From assembly GCF_001194135.2 (NCBI RefSeq), contig NC_068993.1, positions 45,052,746 through 45,095,979 of the forward strand: DNA of 43,234 nucleotides. Reading direction: 5' to 3'. The notes beneath the pieces are model-generated. The model worked only from the letters and a program-made list of their open reading frames with translations. It was not told the origin of the DNA and ran no database searches. The first letter of the stretch is position 1; every line of letters starts with the position of its first letter. Below are positions 10,797 through 21,211 of this stretch, piece by piece. The DNA is from Octopus bimaculoides (taxonomy: Eukaryota). The translations under genes were made by a program, and so were the position numbers.

Positions 10797-11799
10797 NNNN
10801 NNNNNNNNNNNNNNNNNNNNNNNNNNNNNNNNNNNNNNNNNNNNNNNNNNNNNNNNNNNNNNNNNNNNNNNNNNNNNNNNNNNNNNNNNNNNNNNNNNNN
10901 NNNNNNNNNNNNNNNNNNNNNNNNNNNNNNNNNNNNNNNNNNNNNNNNNNNNNNNNNNNNNNNNNNNNNNNNNNNNNNNNNNNNNNNNNNNNNNNNNNNN
11001 NNNNNNNNNNNNNNNNNNNNNNNNNNNNNNNNNNNNNNNNNNNNNNNNNNNNNNNNNNNNNNNNNNNNNNNNNNNNNNNNNNNNNNNNNNNNNNNNNNNN
11101 NNNNNNNNNNNNNNNNNNNNNNNNNNNNNNNNNNNNNNNNNNNNNNNNNNNNNNNNNNNNNNNNNNNNNNNNNNNNNNNNNNNNNNNNAAGAGATATCGA
11201 ACCACTAATGAAGTTCTAGTAATGACAAAAAAAAAAAGAAAAGTATGAAATTAAAGGAAAAAAAAAGAACAATTGTAAATAGTACATATAACGGTTCAAA
11301 TGGTACTGCATGGGAGTGGGGCCCATGCGTCCATTTTCATATTTTCATTTTTATATAACTTTCATTTCATTTACATTCGTTTTATGTTTTTTGTCCCCAC
11401 TGTGGTCTTGTCTGCCCTTGTAGTGTCCCCATCTGTGTTTGGGGCTTTATGCCTAATAAAGAAATCTGTATTTCGTTCTGAGTTCAAACTTCGCCGAGGT
11501 AGACTTTGTCTTTCATCGATTAAAAGTATCAGTTACGCACTAGGCTCGATGTAATCGACTTAATCCCTTTGTCCTTGTTTGTCCCCTCTATGTTTAGACC
11601 CCTGTGGGTAATAAAGGAATAAATATTTCTCTCCCCATGACATGGAATGATGATGCACCTAAGAGTTGTCCATTGCTGGTATTTTAGCAAAAAATTAGGA
11701 TTGTCCGTATTTTAAACTGATGTTTTAAGAAAATTCGACTAAGAGCGGAATTTTTCGGATTTATGAGTGGGGGTGGTTTAAGATTAAAAAAAAATTTCC

Positions 11800-11876
11800 T
11801 AATCGTATGAATTCTCGTCTGTAGAACAAAAATTCGTAAACGTTTTCTGAAAATTCCAAAAAATAAAAAAAGTAAT
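11800..11876 (+). repeat. Dispersed repeat fragment shared with ~39466-39540 (probable DNA-transposon remnant)
   Basis: Both loci read ATGAATTCyCG..TGTAGAA..AAATTyGTAAA..TTTTCTGAAAATTCCAAAAAATAAAAAAAGT.ATG. Confidence 0.6.
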
Positions 11877-12389
11877 GNNNNNNNNNNNNNNNNNNNNNNN
11901 NNNNNNNNNNNNNNNNNNNNNNNNNNNNNNNNNNNNNNNNNNNNNNNNNNNNNNNNNNNATGGGTTGTTTAAACTAGAATTCTACCTTTTATTTCTTAAT
12001 TTTCAACATATTCTTTGATGTAAGGGACATAATCACATTATATTCAAATAGTTATCTCCGTTCATGTATTTGTTCTGCACGATTCCTGAAGTGAAATCGT
12101 ACTAAAGTCGGGGCGGTAATTTTTTTTCTTTTTTTTGCCAAACAACCACACGCACTATATACCCATTCTTCACTTTAGCTTTATTATTATTCTTACTAGT
12201 TGATCCCGTGCCGTCAAACATGACGGCTAATTGTAGTATTTTATTTATAAATATGGATGGTAAATCGAATTAATACACTTGTCAACTAGTGGTTGTCTTT
12301 TGAGAAAAAGTGAAATGACCATCCCAAAATATAACCCTTTATATAATCACCCTTGTATTTTTTATTTTACTGAATAATGGTCTTTTACT

Positions 12390-12985
12390 CTTTTACTTGT
12401 TTCAGTCATTTGACTGTGGCCATACTGGAGTACCACCTTGAAAGGTTTTAGTCGGACAAATCAACCTTAGGACTTATTTTTTTAAGCCTAGTAGTTATTC
12501 TATTGGTCTGTTTTGGTGAACTGCTAAGTTATGGTGACGTAAACACACCAACACCAGTTGTCAAGCAGTGATGGGAAGACAGACACAGACACACACACAC
12601 ATATACGAAGGGTTTCTTTCAGTTTCTTTCTATCAAGCAAATCAACTCACAAGGCTTTGGTGGATCTTTTTTAAAACGGGGGCCACATTTTTCATTAATG
12701 TTTTACGTAGTGTTTTTGGTACCGAAAGACTTTCAAACTTCGTATACTTATCTATTTTGTGTTATAGAACAGAAAAATATTTTTGTATTCGAATTTATTT
12801 CATGTAAAAAATTGTTTCAAAGTGTTTCGTTAATGAAAAATGTGGCCCCCGTTTTAAAAAAGATCCTTTGGTCAACCCAAGGCTATAGTAGAAGACACTT
12901 TCCCAAGATGCCAGTCAGTGGGATTGAACCCAAAACCACGTGGTTGGGAATCAAGCTTCTTACCACACAGTTACGCCTGCACCTA
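12390..12985 (-). mobile_element. SINE family A host of the 205-bp MITE. Further A copies or fragments at ~2000-2160(-), 13090-13260(+), 16980-17360(-), 18560-19420(+), 22455-22720(-), 26730-27125(-), 33430-33610(+), 38880-39030(+), 40165-40460(+)
   Basis: Recurrent diagnostic strings (ttgtttcagtcatt.gactg, ccactcacaaggctttgg, gaataagtcctggggtcgatttg). Boundaries are approximate. Confidence 0.8.
12662..12866. mobile_element. 205-bp internally deleted relative of the 38-kb element, inserted in a SINE
   Basis: Perfect 37-bp TIR (GGATCTTTTTTAAAACGGGGGCCACATTTTTCATTAA) and a flanking duplication TTTGGT. The interior is the reverse complement of ~38510-38640. Confidence 0.9.
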
Positions 12986-13275
12986 CACAGCTTAATTTAT
13001 AACATAGATGGCCATGTTTTTTGAAAAGAGCCATGTACGATATTTTTCTTATGCACTAGAGCTGCAATATATTTTAAAATTATATTTAGGTGTAGGCATG
13101 GGTGTTAGGTAACAAGCTTGCTCCCCACTACATGGTTCCAGTTTCAAGCCCACAACATGGGACATTGGGCATGTGTCTTCTACTATATAGCACTGAGCCA
13201 ACCAAAGCCTTTTGAGTGGATTTGGTTGATGGAAACTGAAAGAAGTCCATCATATATATATAAATATATGTATAT

Positions 13276-13727
13276 ACTAATGTATATGCTTTGTGTATTT
13301 TCTGGTGACTGTAGTGGTGTAGCAGAGTATATAACTCTCGTGTTGCTGGTATTAAAACACCTTAGAGCCATAGACAGGTGAGATAACTCACCCTCAATCC
13401 CATTTGGGAGTGATGGACATTTATGTTTCGCCATTTTTGTGGCTTATCAACACTACCTACCAGGCTGGATTGAAGGTGAGTCAGCTAGCCAGTCCAACAA
13501 CTTATATGCTCATAGCTTGTAAAATCATGAGCTGGTATGCCTGGAAATTGCCTACCTAAGAGAAAATTTACATATGAAGCAAAAGCAACTCTAGTATAAT
13601 AAATATTGTTAACTACATAGACTAATGTATATGCTTTCTGTATTTTCCGGTGGCTTCAGTAGCATAGTAGAATATATAACTCACGTGTCGCCTGTGTTAA
13701 AACACCTCAGAGCCATGGACAGGCGAG
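13276..13727 (+). repeat. Gapless 107-bp diverged direct repeat (13276-13382 and 13621-13727)
   Basis: About 18 substitutions by eye (~83% identity), mostly transitions, with no indels. Confidence 0.88.
13392..13434 (-). CDS. Candidate first coding exon MAKHKCPSLPNGIE-G (phase 1)
   Basis: AAAATGGCG start context and a strong GAGG|GTGAGT donor 43 nt later. No homology recognised. Confidence 0.25.
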
Positions 13728-14324
13728 GTTTATATATATAAAGTGAGATATATATATAAAGATATTATTATTAATAAAAAAATAATAATATATAAGTGAC
13801 TAGCAAGCATAAAGTAACCAAAAAGGCAAAATTTTTAATTTATAATCAGGGAACAAGATGGTACACAGTTGTGTGTGCTAGAAATAAGAGTGCAAATGGC
13901 TCAAGAACACACTGGTGAATTTGAGGAAATGAGTATATAAAAAACCAACTTCCTGATAGCAAGTGAAAATTGCAAATGAGTTGCAGACGTACACATATCA
14001 CATGATTTCGAACCCTGTGATAAACACTTAGTCCTCATCAGTGAGTACTACTGCCTAGGGCTAAAGATACTCACGTCATCATGTGTGTATTACATAGAAT
14101 TCATGTAGGCAAATTTCCTATACTTGGATGCCCTTCCTGTCACTAATTCTCACCTGTTTCCTAGTAAGGTCATATTTATCCTTCACCAGATAAGCTTTTA
14201 CTGTTTCACAGAATGTTGGAAATGAGAGACACTGCTTGTATGATGGTGACACTCATTTACAACTGTTACATGATGTATGATGTCAAGTCAAGCAGACATT
14301 AGTACACACACACACACATAACCA

Positions 14325-14782
14325 ACACTCTGTCAGTTATAACGACGGGGGTCCCAGTTAATCTGATCAATGGAACAGCCTGCTCATGAAATTAACGAGC
14401 ATGTGGTTGAGCAGGCTACAGACACGTGTACCCTTAATGTAGTTCTCGGGGATATTCAGCGTGACACAGTTTGACAAGGCTGGCCCTTTGAATTACAGGT
14501 ACAACAGAAACAGAAAGAGTGAGAGAAAGTTGTGGTGAAAGAGAACAGCAGGGTTCGCCACCACCCACTGCCGGAGCCTCGTAGAGCATTAGGNNNNNNN
14601 NNNAGTGAGAGAAAGTTGTGGTGAAAGAGAACAGCAGGGTTCGCCACCACCCACTGCCGGAGCCTCGTAGAGCATTAGGTGTTTTCGCTCAATAAACACT
14701 CACAACGCCTGGTCTGGGAATCGAAACCACGATCCTACGACCACGAGTCCGCTGCCCTAACCACTGGGCCATTGCACCTCCA
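14325..14782 (-). mobile_element. SINE family B (contains a gap-associated duplicated segment)
   Basis: Reverse complement of the family B head and body. Confidence 0.88.
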
Positions 14783-15195
14783 GTTATCAGTTTTATAGCA
14801 GCAGCATCCTACACTGTGGTACCAGTGTATAACTAAATAGACTGTAGACTGGGCCTTGATCTAGTACCAGAGAAACACAATTCAAACTGTTGAACTGTTG
14901 ATCTCTCTCTGCTTATTGTATGGTACCCTAGCCACCCAGAAAACTGAATGTTCACTGTGCTTAATTATATGAAATAAACAAACTTTGCATTCTGTTATAT
15001 GTAGTACATTGACACAAATAACATGCCCCTTGACATAATTATTAAATCATATTTGATATGTTATCAAATGTACTTGGCTACTTTATAAAACATTTTAAAG
15101 TTGTTGAATTATTCAGAGAGAGATTACTGTGAAGGAAGAGAGGAAAAAAAAAACTATAACAATTTGGATTTGTAGACAACAGACCCAGATACTGG

Positions 15196-15623
15196 TTTCA
15201 AATTTTGACACAAGGCCAGCAATTACGTAGTAGGGGTTACATCGACCCCAGTGCTCAACTGGTACTTACTATATTGACCCCGTGGAATTTGAACTCAGAA
15301 TGTGAAGAGAGACAAAATGCTGCTAAGCATTCTGTCTGGCATGCTAATGATTCTATCAGCTGGCCATTTTCACAACAGATATAATTATTAGTTTCAAATT
15401 TTAGTACAAGGCTAACAATTACATGTGTGTCTGTGTGCGTGTGAATGGGGCTGGTAAGTCGATTACATCGACCCCGATGCTCAACTGGTACTATTTTATT
15501 GGCCCTGAAAGGATGAAAGGCAAAGTTGACCTTGGCAGAGTTTGAACTCAAAACACAAAGACAGATTAAATGCCACTAAGCATTTTGCCCAGCATGCTAA
15601 CGATTCTGCCAGCTCACCACCTT
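15196..15623 (-). mobile_element. Tandem pair of SINE family C. Further C copies at ~11470-11640(+), 23985-24243(-, pair), 27770-27910(+), 28090-28420(-, pair), 36540-36640(-), 37765-37815(+), 40590-40765(-)
   Basis: Same diagnostic strings. The reverse complement has a tRNA-like head (GGCGAGCTGGCAGAATCGTTAGC...GAGTTCAAATTCC). Confidence 0.85.
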
Positions 15624-16404
15624 TAAGAGACATAAATATTATATACTGTTTTTGAAAGCATAAATGATGCACAGAAATAGCAAATGCTGTTCAATTTCAA
15701 CAGCACATATTGGGGTAGTAAAGTTTTTAGTGCATTAAAGCTTATGGAAAACCCAACTTCACACATATGATCCCTTCAAGGTGATGCCCTAGCATGGCCA
15801 TGGTCAAATGACTGAAACAAGTAAAAAGATTTAAAAAAAAAAATATGTGCATATTGAAAACTTTCTCTTCTGGAATTTAACTGAATAAACTAGGATTTTG
15901 ATTTTTCCAAAGTACATCTTTCTTTCAAATGTCTTTCAACAAATCATCTCCTGACAACTTCAAATTGAATTTTCTAGAAATCTCTGGTTGGTGCTATGGT
16001 TTCTGATGCATCTCAAACTCCAAAACAATTTTAGACTCATATGGTTTACATGTGATTGCAAGAAAAAGATCAATTTCTCTTGACCAGCCACAGTTTAAAA
16101 CATAAATATTTAGTCTTGATAGAGATTTTGTAAGACCTAGAACAGTAATGCAGCTAGAGAGTGTGCCACTCAGAGCACCCCTTCAGTTTGCTTCACCCTT
16201 TCCCGGGCCCCACAAGTGTTATACAAGCTTATACATCATACTTGAAAGTGCCAGCCCATAAAAGTGTCACTTGGGGGAGGATCCACTACCATTTTCACCT
16301 CTCCACCACCTTACTAAGCTACTGACCTAGAAAGTTAGATGACAGAAGATAGAAGTAAACAAGAAAAGACTATCAATTTTTGAGGGTGACACTTTGCATT
16401 TGGT

Positions 16405-16647
16405 CTATAGCATTGGGTTTGATCCTGCATTTTGCCACATAGAAATCACAATTCGATCATATGTGCAAACCCAATTGTTATCCAATGAATACTTGTTGTT
16501 CACATGATAGTTTGGTGGCTTGTCTAGACTTTCTGTGTACACAACCAATAAAGTCACGTTGATATCTCCACTTTCACCATATTCAGAGTATCCTAGATCA
16601 AGTTGGCGTACTCTCCTAATAGCTATTTCCACAGCTGCATATTCAAC
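16405..16647 (-). CDS. Putative terminal coding exon of an unidentified gene (VEYAAVEIAIRRVRQLDLGYSEYGESGDINVTLLVVYTESLDKPPNYHVNNKYSLDNNWVCTYDRIVISMWQNAGSNPML-stop)
   Basis: TCTCTTTCTTTGATTATTCCAG acceptor directly before an 81-codon open frame (phase 0). The other two frames close within a few codons. Codons have G-rich first and A/T-rich third positions, as in FPGT, and the sequence is non-repetitive. I do not recognise the family. Confidence 0.5.
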   Translation of the reverse strand, partial: VEYAAVEIAIRRVRQLDLGYSEYGESGDINVTLLVVYTESLDKPPNYHVNNKYSLDNNWVCTYDRIVISMWQNAGSNPML

Positions 16648-17701
16648 CTGGAATAATCAAAGAAAGAGACACACCAAGGCACCTGAATATGTACTTGATA
16701 CATAAAAATTAGCCCAAATGTTGAGTTTCTAACAAAGATTTACTGTACATGTCATATTGTACTGTTTCATCTGAATGTTTACATTATTTGAATTGCAATA
16801 ACACCTTTCCTTTTATTGAAACAAATTATTTTCCAAAACATAAAGGAACCTACCTTTTGTTACAGGTCCATCATACCTTGATAATATACTGTTCTTATTA
16901 ATGTTTTGTTTTAACAGCATTCGAAGCCAGTTTCTAACTTCATTTCCACTATAACCTGCTAGTTTTTCTTTTATCTTTTACTTGTTTCAGTCATTGGACT
17001 GCAACCAAGCTGCATCATCACCTCAGAGGGTTTTAGGCAAACAAATCCATCCCAGTAGTTAGTTTTTAAAGTCTGGTACTTATTCTATCAGTCTTTTATC
17101 GAACTGTTAAGTTACAGGAATGTAAACAACCAATGCTGGTTGTCAAATGGTGGGATAGGGGTAACAAACACAAAAACACACACACACATGCATACCACAC
17201 CCACACACATGACAAGCTTCCACACATCTCCCATCTATCAAATCTACTCAAGGTATTGGTAACTTGAAACTATCATAGAAGAAATTTGCTTAAGGTACTG
17301 CACAGAGGGACTGAACCAGAAACCATGGGGTTGCAAAACGAGCTTCTGAACCACACACATGTTCTGTAACTCTGACTTAAATTAACTGCCTTCTCTCTTT
17401 GGTCAAGATACTTTCCTGGATTCCCACGACTCTCTGTTGCCATCCAATTCCATTATCATGAATTTGAATAGGAGCTTGAATCATAGTGAACCTTTGATTA
17501 GCTGATTACACAACTATGGAAACCACCCTTATGGATGCGTTTAGTTACTCTCTTGAGAGAGCTTGATCATCCTGACCATTGATCGACAATTCCAGCACTG
17601 TTGGTTCATGCTATGCCTTGTCAGGGCAACCCGTAACTATGCAGGTTATGGTTGTCACTCTGTGAAGTATTTTCAAAATACCCAAATACTAGCTGAGGTA
17701 T

Positions 17702-17999
17702 GTGTGTTGGCATTCCGTCGCTTACGACGTCGAGGGTTCTAGTTGATCTGCTCGTGAAATTAACGTACAAGTGGCTGAGCACTCCACAGACACGTGTATC
17801 CTTTGAATTACAGGCACAACAGAAACAGGAAGTAAGAGTGAGAGAAAGTTGTGGTGAGAGAGTACAGCAGGGTTCGCCACCATCCCCTGCCGGAGCCTCG
17901 CGGAGCTTTAGGTGTTTTCGCTCAATAAACACTCACAACGCCCGGTCTGGGAATCGAAACCGCAATCCTATGACTAACCACTGGGCCATTGCACCTCCC
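17702..17999 (-). mobile_element. SINE family B with 11-bp TSD AGCTGAGGTAT
   Basis: Reverse complement of family B. TSD at 17691-17701 and 18000-18010. Confidence 0.92.
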
Positions 18000-18622
18000 A
18001 GCTGAGGTATACATAAATTTAAACATGCACCTACACATGAGGACAAAAGAAAGAGCTAGTAAACCCCCTTTATATGCAATACAAAATATATAACTTTAAC
18101 TGAACTTGAATCTTTACCCCTACAATGATAATGCTCTAAAATTATCATTACTGAAGGAAAAAAACAATAACTATGTTTTCCTCATATCAGACGGGAAAAC
18201 AGGAAAGAAAAATAACACGCCAGGGTGAAGTGAGGAATATATTGTACAACAATACGGTTACATCATTTGATTTCACTAAACAAACACTCACATACATACA
18301 TACATACGTACGTTCGTACGTGTGGGGGTTGCGTGTGCGTTTTTTTGGTTTGTGTGTGTATCTCCCTCATTCAGTTTCTCTCTCTCTCTCCTTTTCCTGC
18401 AAGCGCTCTCTACTTTGTTTAGCATAAAATTCCCCTAACTTACATCACCTCGTTATCATGCAATCTACGTAAAAGAGTCCACAATCAACAAAACAAAACT
18501 CACCACCATCACCATAACCGTCACCACTACTGTTGTATTCATGCGATAAGTGTTTGACAGATGTTGGTAGTTTGGGTTGTGTCACTGCGATAAAAGATTC
18601 TTGTGGTTAGGAGAGAGAGTAG

Positions 18623-18778
18623 GTGTGTGTGTGTGTATGTATTACACACACATCTGTATATACATGTATATATATGTGTATGTGTATAAATATATTTACA
18701 TACATATATGTGTGCATATGCGCATATGTATGTATGTATGTATATATATATATATATACACATGTATATCATATATAT

Positions 18779-18841
<63 letters not shown>

Positions 18842-19210
18842 NNNNNNNNNNNNNNNNNNNNNNNNNNNNNNNNNNNNNNNNNNNNNNNNNNNNNNNNNNN
18901 NNNNNNNNNNNNNNNNNNNNNNNNNNNNNNNNNNNNNNNNNNNNNNNNNNNNNNNNNNNNNNNNNNNNNNNNNNNNNNNNNNNNNNNNNNNNNNNNNNNN
19001 NNNNNNNNNNNNNNNNNNNNNNNNNNNNNNNNNNNNNNNNNNNNNNNNNNNNNNNNNNNNNNNNNNNNNNNNNNNNNNNNNNNNNNNNNNNNNNNNNNNN
19101 NNNNNNNNNNNNNNNNNNNNNNNNNNNNNNNNNNNNNNNNNNNNNNNNNNNNNNNNNNNNNNNNNNNNNNNNNNNNNNNNNNNNNNNNNNNNNNNNNNNN
19201 NNNNNNNNNN

Positions 19211-19259
<49 letters not shown>

Positions 19260-19270
19260 GTATGTGTGTG
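18623..19270. repeat. Large (TA)n/(TATG)n microsatellite spanning a gap. Similar gap-bounding TA tracts at ~7707, 20263, 23818, 25660
   Basis: Read directly. These tracts are the source of the YIYIYI ORFs. Confidence 0.95.
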
Positions 19271-19420
19271 TTTGTCCCTCCACCATCGTCTGACAACCAA
19301 TGTACCTGTCACTTTACGTCCCTGTCACTTAGCAGTTCGGCAAAAGAGACTGATAGAATAAGTACTAGACTTAGAAAGAATAAGTCCTGGGGGCGATTTG
19401 TTTGATTAAAGGTGGTGCTA

Positions 19421-19795
19421 CCAACAAAACTATAAAAGCTAATAAACCAGATATTATTATAAAAGATCAGAGAAAGAAGATGTGTTTATTAATTGACATG
19501 AGTATTCCTTGCGATCATAATATAGCGGCAAAAGAATTTGACAAGATCAGTAAATATAAAGACTTGCTAATAGAAATTGAAAAAATGTGGCATCTCAAAG
19601 CGACTACCGTACCAGTGATTGTAGGATCTCTAGGAATGATAAAAAAAAGGTACTGAAACCTATTTGAAAATGATACCAGGCTTACCATCCCTACTGGAAG
19701 TGCCAAAAATCGTGTTAACTGGAACGACTCATGTACTGAGAAGAGCATTATCGCTGTGAAAACAACATCTATTCATGAATTTATTTATTTATTAA
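19421..19795 (+). mobile_element. 3' end of an R4/Dong-type LINE (restriction-like endonuclease domain), frameshifted
   Basis: ANKPDIIIKD..CLLIDMSIPCD.NI..KE.DKISKYKDL.IEIEKMW.L....VPVIVGSLG, then after a +1 shift in the A8 run (19641-19648) GTETYLKMIPGLPSLLEVPKIVLTGTTHVLRRALSL-stop (19757-19759) and an AT-rich tail. This is the PD..D/E.K REL endonuclease pattern. Confidence 0.88.
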
Positions 19796-20262
19796 TTTTT
19801 TAAAAAATACATATTTTACATGTGAATTTGCGTGTGTAAACTGGGANNNNNNNNNNNNNNNNNNNNNNNNNNNNNNNNNNNNNNNNNNNNNNNNNNNNNN
19901 NNNNNNNNNNNNNNNNNNNNNNNNNNNNNNNNNNNNNNNNNNNNNNNNNNNNNNNNNNNNNNNNNNNNNNNNNNNNNNNNNNNNNNNNNNNNNNNNNNNN
20001 NNNNNNNNNNNNNNNNNNNNNNNNNNNNNNNNNNNNNNNNNNNNNNNNNNNNNNNNNNNNNNNNNNNNNNNNNNNNNNNNNNNNNNNNNNNNNNNNNNNN
20101 NNNNNNNNNNNNNNNNNNNNNNNNNNNNNNNNNNNNNNNNNNNNNNNNNNNNNNNNNNNNNNNNNNNNNNNNNNNNNNNNNNNNNNNNNNNNNNNNNNNN
20201 NNNNNNNNNNNNNNNNNNNNNNNNNNNNNNNNNNNNNNNNNNNNNNNNNNNNNNNNNNNNNN

Positions 20263-20300
<38 letters not shown>

Positions 20301-20319
20301 TACATACAAACACACACAC

Positions 20320-20351
<32 letters not shown>

Positions 20352-20730
20352 TGAAACGCAAATATATATTCCCAAAATGTATATCAAAATATATCTGCAC
20401 ACAAACACCAGTTTATATAATGGAGATATTTTACAACGTAGCAAATGATGTTTTTACAAACGTATGCAGTTCCAATAATCCATATACATTTATTTATAAT
20501 GCTGTTATTAATAGCTCATTGTCAAGGGACATATATCTGAATGCTTGCCTGAACCAATGCTCTTAATTCCCTTTACCTAATAGAGATAGTAGACACCAAA
20601 GTTTGGTTTATTCTCTATTCCTTAATTTTCTATGTTTAGAAGCTGTTGTATCATAATCTCTGTGTAATATAATGATAATACAAAATGAGATCCAAGAAAT
20701 AACTTGAGTGGGTTGTGAATGGTAAGAACT

Positions 20731-21211
20731 TTGAAAGACATATTAATTTCAAATTTTGGCAAAAAGCCAGTAATTTTGGGGAAGTGGGTAAGTCATTTAT
20801 ATCAATCCTCAGTACTCGTTTGGTATTTATTTTATCAGCTCCAAAACGATAAAAAAGCAAAGTCGACCTTGGTGGAATTTGAACTCAGAATGTGAAAATG
20901 GACGAAACATTGCTAAGCATTTTGGCCAGTGTGCTAATGATTCTGTAAGCTCACTGGCTTAATTTTGAAAGACTTATTGGTTTCAAATTTTGGCACAAGG
21001 CCACCAATTTCAGGGGATGGGGTAAGTTGATTACATCAACCCCAGTATTCAACTGGTACTTATTTTATCGACTCCAAAAGGATGAGAGGTAAAGTTGACC
21101 TTTGTAGAATTTGAACTCAAAACTTAAAGACAGGTGAAACACCTCTAAGCATTTCACCTAGTGTGCTAACAATTCTGCCAGCTCACTGCCTGAATTTTGA
21201 AAGACATATTA
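20731..21211 (-). mobile_element. Tandem pair of SINE family C separated and flanked by TTGAAAGAC(A/T)TATT
   Basis: Two copies of TTTCAAATTTTGGCACAAGGCC...GATGA.AGG.AAAGT.GACCTT..GGAATTTGAACTCA...TTCTG..AGCTCAC. The flank motif occurs at 20731, 20965 and 21197. Confidence 0.9.

Noticed and set aside
14514-14680. ~80-bp tandem duplication inside a SINE (likewise 41592-41720)
   Set aside because: The copies flank a 10-N gap and are essentially identical, typical of unmerged contig overlaps.
18539-20566. Numerous long ORFs rich in YIYI/X (also at 7619-8032, 23681-24041, 31029-31509)
   Set aside because: They are translations of (TA)n microsatellites and N gaps, not genes.
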